From: Acaryochloris thomasi RCC1774
Lineage (GTDB): Bacteria; Cyanobacteriota; Cyanobacteriia; Thermosynechococcales; Thermosynechococcaceae
NCBI RefSeq assembly: GCF_003231495.1
Contig: NZ_PQWO01000013.1
Coordinates: 60,001 to 92,000 of the forward strand
Reading direction: 5' to 3'
Length of the DNA: 32,000 bases
In this document: in pieces, positions 8,944 to 16,272 of the stretch
Numbering within the stretch: position 1 is the first letter of the stretch
Layout of the letters: each line of letters begins with the position of its first letter
Notes under the pieces: model-generated
Seen by the model: only the letters and a program-made list of their open reading frames with translations
What the model was told of the DNA's origin: nothing
Database searches by the model: none
Translations under genes and position numbers: made by a program

Positions 8944-9513
8944 TCATCCTTCCACGCCCAGAACAAGCCCAGGCAGCACTTCTTCTCCTAGCAAAGTAAC
9001 TGGCATTGACAACACCTCCACCGCTTTCTCAGCTCGATAAATCTCTACCGCTTGATCTTGGGGATTAATTAGCCACCCTAGCCGCAAGCCACTCTCTAGA
9101 TATTCCTGCATTTTTGCCTGCAGGGGTCTCAATCTGTCGCTCTCGGATCGCAGCTCAATCACAAAATCAGGGCATAGGGGCGGGAATCGCTTACGCTGGT
9201 CGGGCGTTAGTGCATTCCAGCGTTCTAAGGCAACCCAGGCTGCATCAGGAGAGCGATCTCCTCCGCTGGCCAGCTTAAAAACGGTAGAGGAGCTGAAAAC
9301 TTTACCTAGCTTTTCTTGTCGATTCCAATTATTGAGATCGGTGATATAGTTCGCTTCTCTTTCTCCACTCTCACCACCGACTGGGGGCATAATAATCAGC
9401 TCTCCTACTGGGCTGCGCTCCATTGCCACGTCTTTATTCGCCATGCACAGCTCATAGAACTGCTCATGGGTTAGCTCAATTAAAGGCTGCATATTCAGGC
9501 AGATGGCAGTCAT
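8944..9513 (-). CDS. Uma2 family (DUF820) PD-(D/E)XK putative endonuclease, paralog A (189 aa)
   Basis: From the internal ATG at 9513 it reads MTAICLNMQPLIELTHEQFYELC...ERSPVGELIIMPP...PDAAWV...PDFVIELRSESD. The longer 8944..9627 ORF would overlap the upstream gene. About 78% aa identity to 12527..13093 by hand alignment. Confidence 0.85.
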   Translation of the reverse strand: MTAICLNMQPLIELTHEQFYELCMANKDVAMERSPVGELIIMPPVGGESGEREANYITDLNNWNRQEKLGKVFSSSTVFKLASGGDRSPDAAWVALERWNALTPDQRKRFPPLCPDFVIELRSESDRLRPLQAKMQEYLESGLRLGWLINPQDQAVEIYRAEKAVEVLSMPVTLLGEEVLPGLVLGVEG

Positions 9514-9559
9514 CGCTTTTTCAGATTGAATTCCCATCCATATTCTAGGCGCAGACGAC

Positions 9560-10471
9560 TCACCCCGCTGCTTCTCCATACTGCTCATAAACGGCTTGAT
9601 AGAGTCGAGCCGATTGAGCACGATCAAGTTTCCCGTGCGGAAGTTTGAGGCTGCGCGCCACCGCCATTAATTGCTGCTTACTGATATTCAAATCTCGACA
9701 GACCTTGATCCAATCCACCGGATTTTGGGCTTGCGTTGCCGCAGGCTGTGCAGGCTTCACAGCTTTAGAGGGCATCTGCGGTAGCTTGGGCAAGACTGCG
9801 GATGGCTGCGATGCTGGAAACTGAGTCACATTTCCTTGAGAAGTAGCAGGGTGCCCCTGTTTAACAGTCGCTATGTCCCCTTTGAGAACAGCTTCCGCTC
9901 GCTTCAGCAACTGATGGATATCCTGGTCTCGCAGGGTTCCTGGCTTGATGGTTCGCCCACGATGAATCACGTTGCAAAACACGGGCTTGTGCTTACTCTT
10001 GCTGTCGTCACTGCCGGTATCGGGCTTAATGATCACCGGATGGGCCAAATCTTCAGACTTCAGGGTGCCAATCGCCGCCAGTAGCTCCCGTGCAAAGTAG
10101 GTTTCAAAACCAGTGACGAGGACATACTCGCGATCGCCTTCAATAAACACATGGAGTTTAGGGTATTCCTTATCAACAAAGGCAACTCGCCTAATATAAC
10201 CCTTAAGAATTTTAGATTTAATGGGCAATGGCTCGTCATTATCGAATCGATGCCAGAGGATGTTTTTATCCCGCTCGATAATGATGTAATCCCTCCCGTT
10301 ACTGAAGCCCAGAGTAGGCTGCTGCCGAACTTCCGTTTGCAGCGTGCAGACCTGCTGCTGGAGCGATCGCAACTCTTGACCAAGAGCCTGAAGAAGCGAT
10401 CGTTGTTCGGTAATCAGGGCTTCGAGCTGAGGCGTTTGCTCAAAGGCAGTCGGTCGTTCTTGGTTGTGCAT
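9560..10471 (-). CDS. Hypothetical protein (303 aa): N-terminal coiled-coil-like segment, central unassigned domain, P/Q/A-rich linker, C-terminal HeH/Rho_N-like tail
   Basis: A clean ORF with GGTGA 7 nt upstream of the ATG. I recognise no family signature. The N-terminus reads LEALITEQRSLLQALGQELRSLQQQVCTLQTEV. The C-terminus reads ISKQQLMAVARSLKLPHGKLDRAQSARLYQAV. Confidence 0.7.
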   Translation of the reverse strand: MHNQERPTAFEQTPQLEALITEQRSLLQALGQELRSLQQQVCTLQTEVRQQPTLGFSNGRDYIIIERDKNILWHRFDNDEPLPIKSKILKGYIRRVAFVDKEYPKLHVFIEGDREYVLVTGFETYFARELLAAIGTLKSEDLAHPVIIKPDTGSDDSKSKHKPVFCNVIHRGRTIKPGTLRDQDIHQLLKRAEAVLKGDIATVKQGHPATSQGNVTQFPASQPSAVLPKLPQMPSKAVKPAQPAATQAQNPVDWIKVCRDLNISKQQLMAVARSLKLPHGKLDRAQSARLYQAVYEQYGEAAG

Positions 10472-10512
10472 AATACATCACCCATTCGGCAGGGAGGACA
10501 ATAGAAACGCAA

Positions 10513-10538
10513 AGTACGTTTGTACTATGTATACTATA
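10513..10538 (-). promoter_or_regulatory. Candidate promoter (-10 TATAGT, 10533-10538 on minus strand) with overlapping LexA-box-like palindrome AGTACGTTTGTACT (10513-10526)
   Basis: The 14-mer fits every position of RGTACNNNDGTWCB, the cyanobacterial LexA box consensus as I recall it. It lies 6 nt downstream of the -10-like hexamer and 42 nt upstream of the ATG at 10471. Confidence 0.35.
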
Positions 10539-10583
10539 GCCGATTTGTTGTTGTACAGACAGCCATCAACGACATCACTGCTC

Positions 10584-11711
10584 TTACACAATCTGATTTA
10601 AAACGGCTTCAAATTTAGCCACAGTGCGATCGCAACTCTGCAATTTATCTAATCCAAACAAACCAATCCGAAAGGTCTGGAAATCCTCTGGCTCATCGCA
10701 TCGCAGGGGCACCCCAGCCGCAATCTGCATTCCCAACTCCTTGAACTTTTTCCCAGACTGCATCTCTGGATCGCTGGTATAGCTAACAATCACGCTAGGG
10801 GCCTGAAACCCCTCTGCCGCCACGCTCTTAATACCTTTATTTACCAGCAATGCTCGGATGCGATCGCCCAATTCCTGCTGCTGCTGACAAACGCGCTCCA
10901 AGCCATAAACTTCGGTTTCATTGATCACATCACGGAACACCGTCAAAGCATCCGTTGGCATCGTCGCATGATAGGCATGTCCACCTTTTTCGTAAGTCTC
11001 CATGATTTGCAGCCACTTGAGCAAATCACAGGCAAAGCTGCTGCTGCGGGTGCCTTCAATCCGTTCGCGGCCCAGGGCGCTGAGCATCACCAAACCACTA
11101 CAGGGGGAACTGCTCCATCCTTTTTGCGGCGCACTGATCAGTACATCCACGCCGCAGGCTTTCATATCAACCCAGATGGTGCCCGAGGCAATGCAGTCTA
11201 GAACAAACAGGCCACCGACGCTATGCACGGCATCTGCCACGGCTTTGAGATAGTCATTGGGCAAGACCATACCTGCAGAGGTCTCAACATGGGGCGCAAA
11301 CACCACCGCTGGTTTTTCGGCCTGGATCGTTGCAACAACTTCTGCAATGGGGGCTGGCGCAAAGGCCGCTTGAGGACCGTTCGTAACAGGTCGGGCCTTC
11401 ATTACCGTAGATTTCGCCGGAATTTTACCCATCTCGAAAATTTGGGTCCAGCGGAAACTAAACCAGCCATTGCGAATCACTAAACAGTTTTGATCAGCAG
11501 CAAATTGGCGAGCCACCGCTTCCATTGCGAAGGTGCCGCTTCCCGGCACAATCACGACTGATTGAGCGTTGTAGACCTGCTTGAGCGAGGCTGAAATATC
11601 CTTCATCACCCCCTGGAAAGATTGCGACATATGATTGAGTGCACGGTCGGTATAGACAACCGAGTATTCAAGCAGTCCATCTGGATCAATCGTGGGAAGT
11701 AAGCCGGACAT
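10584..11711 (-). CDS. Class V pyridoxal-phosphate aminotransferase (alanine-glyoxylate / serine-pyruvate aminotransferase family)
   Basis: Family-typical segments are VVIVPGSGTFAMEA and DVLISAPQKGWSSSPCSGLVMLS, which carries the PLP lysine context. I prefer the ATG at 11711 (MSGLLPT) over the TTG at 11726 used by the ORF track. Confidence 0.88.
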   Translation of the reverse strand: MSGLLPTIDPDGLLEYSVVYTDRALNHMSQSFQGVMKDISASLKQVYNAQSVVIVPGSGTFAMEAVARQFAADQNCLVIRNGWFSFRWTQIFEMGKIPAKSTVMKARPVTNGPQAAFAPAPIAEVVATIQAEKPAVVFAPHVETSAGMVLPNDYLKAVADAVHSVGGLFVLDCIASGTIWVDMKACGVDVLISAPQKGWSSSPCSGLVMLSALGRERIEGTRSSSFACDLLKWLQIMETYEKGGHAYHATMPTDALTVFRDVINETEVYGLERVCQQQQELGDRIRALLVNKGIKSVAAEGFQAPSVIVSYTSDPEMQSGKKFKELGMQIAAGVPLRCDEPEDFQTFRIGLFGLDKLQSCDRTVAKFEAVLNQIV

Positions 11712-11942
11712 ATTTAAGCTCTGCAAAAGACGCCTTCAGCTCAGAATAGCATTTTCAATACTTCACTCTAGTTGAGAAAGGCAGCTAGAGAAGGAGAATA
11801 AGCCTACAATTCTGGCACGAGTATTGAAAGCCGTTAGCATCGCTTCTCCCCTAGAGGCAGGACATCCGAAGAGCATTGCCCGTTCGCTATACTCGAACCA
11901 TTAAGAAATAAGCTATCTAGGCATTGTTGAGGCTAGGTTGCC

Positions 11943-12494
11943 ATGACCCTCACCACTTATAAATGGACTGTTGACCACTACCATCAAGCCATCAAAGCGG
12001 GTATCTTTGACGATCAGCCCCTCGAACTACTGCGCGGAGAGCTAGTTGTTATATCGCCCGAAGGTGAACCCCACGCCTACTACAACAGCGAAGTGGGTGA
12101 CTATCTGCGGAGTCTGCTCGGTAGCCAAGCCAAGATTCGCGAAGCCCATCCCATTACCCTCACCAACGATTCAGAGCCAATCTCTGATCTGGCAATCGTG
12201 CGTCCCCTGGGCGCGGTGTACCTAGAGCATCACCCTTACCCTAGCGAGATTCATTGGCTGATCGAATTTTCTAACGCGACCTTAACCAAAGACCTAACAA
12301 CCAAAAAGATAACCTACGCTGAATCCGGCATTCAGGAGTATTGGGTCGTTAACTTAAGAGATAAGCAACTTTACACCTTCAAAAACTTGCACAATGGGCA
12401 GTACACCACCGAGGAGGTGCTGGAAGACGGTACGATCTCGCCGATGGCGTTTCAAGACGTAAAAATTCAGGTGTATCGCCTGATGAATCCATAA
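11943..12494 (+). CDS. Uma2 family (DUF820) putative endonuclease, divergent copy (183 aa)
   Basis: YKWTVDHYHQAIKAGIF...LELLRGELVVISPEGEPH...PISDLAIV...WLIEFSNATLTKD...YAESGIQEYWVVNL shows the typical Uma2 order of motifs (D...E-x-S/K). Confidence 0.85.
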   Translation: MTLTTYKWTVDHYHQAIKAGIFDDQPLELLRGELVVISPEGEPHAYYNSEVGDYLRSLLGSQAKIREAHPITLTNDSEPISDLAIVRPLGAVYLEHHPYPSEIHWLIEFSNATLTKDLTTKKITYAESGIQEYWVVNLRDKQLYTFKNLHNGQYTTEEVLEDGTISPMAFQDVKIQVYRLMNP

Positions 12495-12526
12495 TTTTAA
12501 TCAGTCGAATTTCAACACGCAATCCC

Positions 12527-13093
12527 CTACCTCACGTCTAGGATAAATCCGGGCAACACATCTTCCCCTAGCAAAGTAACCGGCATTTGCTGTACTTCAA
12601 TCTCTTTCTCAGGGCGGTAGATTTCTACGGTTTGGTCTTGGGGATTAATCAGCCACCCTAGCCTCAGACCACTTTCTAGATATTCCTGCATTTTTGCCCG
12701 TAATGGCCTCAATCTGTCGCTCTTAGATCGCAACTCAATCACAAAATCAGGACAGATGGGCGGGAAGCTTTCTTGTTCTTCAGGGGTAAGAGCATCCCAG
12801 CGCTCTTGCTTGACCCAGGCCGCATCAGGGGAACGATCGCCTCCGCCCGGAAGCTTAAAGACGGTGGAGGAGCTGAAAACAATTCCTAAACCTGTCTGTT
12901 CATGCCAGTTAAATAGTTTTGATATCAATCTGGCTTCACGGTAACCACTTCCACCACCGACTGGAGGCATGATAATCAACTCTCCTGCAGGACTGCGCTC
13001 CATTGCCACATCTTTATTCGCCATGCATAGCTCATAAAACTGTTCATGAGTCAGTTGAGTCAATGGCTCTAAGTTGAGGGTAATGGCAGTCAT
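12527..13093 (-). CDS. Uma2 family (DUF820) putative endonuclease, paralog B (188 aa)
   Basis: It reads MTAITLNLEPLTQLTHEQFYELCMANKDVAMERSP...PDFVIELRSKSDRLRPLRAKMQEYLESGLRLGWLINPQDQ. Long stretches are identical to 8944..9513 at both protein and DNA level. Confidence 0.9.
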   Translation of the reverse strand: MTAITLNLEPLTQLTHEQFYELCMANKDVAMERSPAGELIIMPPVGGGSGYREARLISKLFNWHEQTGLGIVFSSSTVFKLPGGGDRSPDAAWVKQERWDALTPEEQESFPPICPDFVIELRSKSDRLRPLRAKMQEYLESGLRLGWLINPQDQTVEIYRPEKEIEVQQMPVTLLGEDVLPGFILDVR

Positions 13094-13155
13094 GGCAAGG
13101 ATCCGCGATCGCGCTTGTGTCTATATTTTAGCTGTAGGCCGCTGTTCTTTCGATC

Positions 13156-13833
13156 ATGGGGGACAATGGGGTAGCCGAAATTGCTAGGACATTAACGACG
13201 ATGGCTATTGATGCTCGCCAATATGCCCCTGCGACCCAGCGGAACCGAGATGTAATTTTAAGTATTCTGCATCAGGTCTTACCCACTCAAGGAACAGTCT
13301 TAGAAGTCTCAAGCGGGACCGGTGAGCACGCCGTCTATTTTGCTCCGCGACTGCAGCCCCGATATTGGCTCCCCTCTGATCTTAATCCGGTAGCGCAGGC
13401 CAGTATTGCGGCGTGGAGGGACCACCACCCTACAGAATATTTGCTGGCACCGATTCATCTCAATGCTGAAGATTCGAGCTGGTTAGTGGAGCAGGAAGGA
13501 GTATACAGATTGGTTGAGCCGATTGTTGCGATCGCAAATATAAACATGATTCACATCTCACCGTGGTCAGCCTGTCTCGGCTTACTGGCGGGGGCGGGTC
13601 GAATCCTGCCTCCGGGGGGAATTTTATACATCTATGGCCCCTATAAACAAAATGGAGCGCATACGGCAGAGAGTAATGCCGTGTTTGATCAGGGGTTGCG
13701 ATCGCAAAACCCGGCCTGGGGCATCCGCAATCTAGAAGACGTGATTGAAGCCGCTCAAATTCAGCAGCTCAAACTACTCAAAACAGTCTCGATGCCTGCC
13801 AACAACCTCTCCGTTATTCTCCAGCGAAATTGA
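13156..13833 (+). CDS. DUF938 family protein (class I SAM-methyltransferase-like fold)
   Basis: APATQRNRDVILSILHQVLPTQGTVLEVSSGTGEHAVYFAPRLQPRYWLPSD matches the DUF938 N-terminal signature as I remember it. An alternative start is the ATG at 13201. Confidence 0.78.
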   Translation: MGDNGVAEIARTLTTMAIDARQYAPATQRNRDVILSILHQVLPTQGTVLEVSSGTGEHAVYFAPRLQPRYWLPSDLNPVAQASIAAWRDHHPTEYLLAPIHLNAEDSSWLVEQEGVYRLVEPIVAIANINMIHISPWSACLGLLAGAGRILPPGGILYIYGPYKQNGAHTAESNAVFDQGLRSQNPAWGIRNLEDVIEAAQIQQLKLLKTVSMPANNLSVILQRN

Positions 13834-13978
13834 GATACGCTCTAGCGACCCAGACATTTCTTTATCTCGACGATGAGTCAGGGTCTATTCCGTGTAATCC
13901 TCTATAAAAGGACTGCAGCTTGATGCCTTTGCTCAACCTCTTTCTTCTCCCGTCTGCCATTCACATCACAAAAGGGTA

Positions 13979-15472
13979 ATGGAGCCTCATCCCAGTAGCT
14001 TACTAAGACTCATTTCATCTGCAGATCAACCCTGCTATTCTCTCTCAAGCCTCCAAGAAACCGTGATTGGGCGGTCCCCCGACTGCCAGATCCTGCTGGA
14101 CTCTAAAGAGTACGGCGGCGTTTCCCGACGCCACGCGAGTCTCCGGTCCAGCAGTCACTCAACAGCACAAGGCGAAACCCTCTGGCAGATCTGTGACCTT
14201 GGCAGCGCCAACGGCACTTTCGTCAACGGTCAGCCCCTTCAGGGATGGTACACTCTCACGCCGGGAGACCGGATCGCCTTAGGCCAAAATGGACCGCAAT
14301 TCACATTTGAACAGCGACGCGCAGTTCCTGCACCGACACCCCCGTCGGCCTCCTCCGGCCGTGACAATCTAGAAGATCTATCCGTCAGTCAACTGCTACC
14401 CGCTATGTCCGTTCGTCGGGACTTACTCAAAAAGGGCTTCTTGATTCCAGGCATATTTACCGTGCTGATGGTCGTCTCGCTATTCGCCACGGTGGGCAAC
14501 CCCAACATTTTCAACTATCTCCTGGCCCTATATTTGGGCTGTGGTGCCTTCTTCTTTATCTATCGACTCTGTGGCCAGCGCAAGCCACTATTCGTGATTG
14601 TGTTCTCAACATTGTTCACGATGATTGTCCTTATAACCCCAATTCTGGACATCTTTGCCTTCTTTTTCCGAGAAGGGTATATCGGACTTCTTTTGATTCC
14701 ACTCGGTTTTGCTCTGCTTACTATCGCGTTCATCAAGCTCTTTAAAGGAAAGATTAGCCACGCCGCTGGCTGGGGGCTTTCCGGTGGCAGCCTCGTAGTT
14801 ATAGGTCTTTGGGTTCTCGCCTCTGGGGACTACGTTGCCCAAAACCTCAAAGATCCAACCACAGGATTTTTGAATCAATTGATCAGCCACTTCTTCGGCG
14901 CGGGCCTCATGGAGGAGCTGCTCAAAGCCCTCCCTGTTTTTGCTTTATTTGCAATAGGCCGATTGCTGCGCCCTCCTAATCGTGAGCGCATTGGTGTCTG
15001 GGAACCACTTGACGGCATTGTTTTAGGCGCTGCATCCGCCCTTGGATTTACCCTGGTAGAAACCGTAGGACAATACGTACCGACAATCATGCAGCAGGCC
15101 GCTCAAGAATTCGGGACTGACGCCGGTTATATCTACGCGATCCAGCTTCTGATTCCGCGCATCCTGGGGTCGGTTGCCGGTCACATGGCCTACAGCGGAT
15201 ATTTTGGCTACTTTATTGGCCTGAGCATTTTGAAATCGAATAAACGCCCGCAAATTCTGGCCACTGGATACTTGACTGCCTCTCTCCTCCACGCAGTCTG
15301 GAATGCAACCCCCAGCCTTGCGATCGCCTTTGGAGGACTTGTGGGAAATGTACTGCAGATGTTGGTGGGAATTGCAGCCTACGTGTTTTTAACAGGGGCA
15401 ATTCTCAAGGCCCGACAGCTCTCACCCAATCGAGCAAAAAACTTTGCGACCCAGATGGCACCGCCCCTCTAG
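13979..15472 (+). CDS. FHA domain fused to PrsW-family intramembrane protease (497 aa)
   Basis: The N-terminal FHA reads VIGRSPDCQILL...GVSRRHASL...GSANGTFVNG...GDRIALG. It is followed by about 8 hydrophobic helices carrying PrsW-type motifs: GLMEELLKALP (EExxK), FTLVETVGQY, GHMAYSGYFGYFIG and LLHAVWN. Confidence 0.85.
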   Translation: MEPHPSSLLRLISSADQPCYSLSSLQETVIGRSPDCQILLDSKEYGGVSRRHASLRSSSHSTAQGETLWQICDLGSANGTFVNGQPLQGWYTLTPGDRIALGQNGPQFTFEQRRAVPAPTPPSASSGRDNLEDLSVSQLLPAMSVRRDLLKKGFLIPGIFTVLMVVSLFATVGNPNIFNYLLALYLGCGAFFFIYRLCGQRKPLFVIVFSTLFTMIVLITPILDIFAFFFREGYIGLLLIPLGFALLTIAFIKLFKGKISHAAGWGLSGGSLVVIGLWVLASGDYVAQNLKDPTTGFLNQLISHFFGAGLMEELLKALPVFALFAIGRLLRPPNRERIGVWEPLDGIVLGAASALGFTLVETVGQYVPTIMQQAAQEFGTDAGYIYAIQLLIPRILGSVAGHMAYSGYFGYFIGLSILKSNKRPQILATGYLTASLLHAVWNATPSLAIAFGGLVGNVLQMLVGIAAYVFLTGAILKARQLSPNRAKNFATQMAPPL

Positions 15473-15508
15473 CAATAGGATTGCCGCTTAAATACAACGA
15501 AGACACAT

Positions 15509-15534
15509 GAAAAAGGGCTGCAAAATGCAGCCCT
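15509..15534 (-). terminator. Rho-independent terminator candidate (minus strand); could also stop the convergent plus-strand gene
   Basis: A perfect 9-bp stem AGGGCTGCA/TGCAGCCCT (15514-15534) has a 3-nt loop. On the minus strand it is followed by TTTTTC (complement of 15509-15514). Confidence 0.55.
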
Positions 15535-15670
15535 AAGTTCACGATCTTTCCCGATACCTCATAAACCCTCAGCAGATATAGCAATACGCGACTGAGTTAG
15601 GACAGCTCTTCTTTAACGGACATAGTGTTCAACCATTTTGATGTCCTAATCAATACGCGTACCGCTATAA

Positions 15671-16006
15671 TCATTGGCCGAACGATTGAGGCTGCTGAAG
15701 CTTTTGTCCAAACCGATCTTGGTTGAGCAAGACGTTCTCTTGGCGGAGCACCGGCTGCACCGGCAAAGTCTGTTCCTTCAACTTCGCAGAATAGGGTGGA
15801 CAGCTCAGGCAAACAGGACCCACCGGAAATTTGATCTTCTGCCGCAGTTCAAAAACGCGCGGGTCGAATCGCGGGTTGCCGTTGAGGCCATCACAGCCGT
15901 TGGGGTTGTCGGGTGCTGGCGTACAGGCATGGGCCGGTGCGCTGGCTAAAGTGGGCAGTGCCGATAGACCCAAGAGACTAATCAATACCATTTGCTGCAG
16001 TTTCAT
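15671..16006 (-). CDS. Small secreted protein (111 aa), 4 Cys, Gln-rich C-terminus, unknown family
   Basis: From the ATG at 16006 it reads MKLQQMVLISLLGLSALPTLASAPAHA|CTPAPDNPNGC..., a Sec-type signal peptide with an A-x-A site. AAAGG lies 9 nt upstream of the ATG. Confidence 0.6.
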   Translation of the reverse strand: MKLQQMVLISLLGLSALPTLASAPAHACTPAPDNPNGCDGLNGNPRFDPRVFELRQKIKFPVGPVCLSCPPYSAKLKEQTLPVQPVLRQENVLLNQDRFGQKLQQPQSFGQ

Positions 16007-16272
16007 GAATAAAGACCTTTGAGTAGTGAATACGTTCACTATTGCGGTTTTATCCAAGCTGGGCAGTGAGTAGCCTCACGCAATCCAGGTGATTGATTGA
16101 GAGCGTAACGGTGAGTTCCATTACGACCTGCAGAGTTCCCCAATCTCCTGGCAACAGAATACTTCTAACAGACGCTGACGAAAGTTTCTTATTCCGTTTG
16201 GCCTGTACCATCAGACTCTGAGGACCAAGACAACTCGCGCAGAGCTGGCAGAAAGAAAGCGGTATAGGCTTA

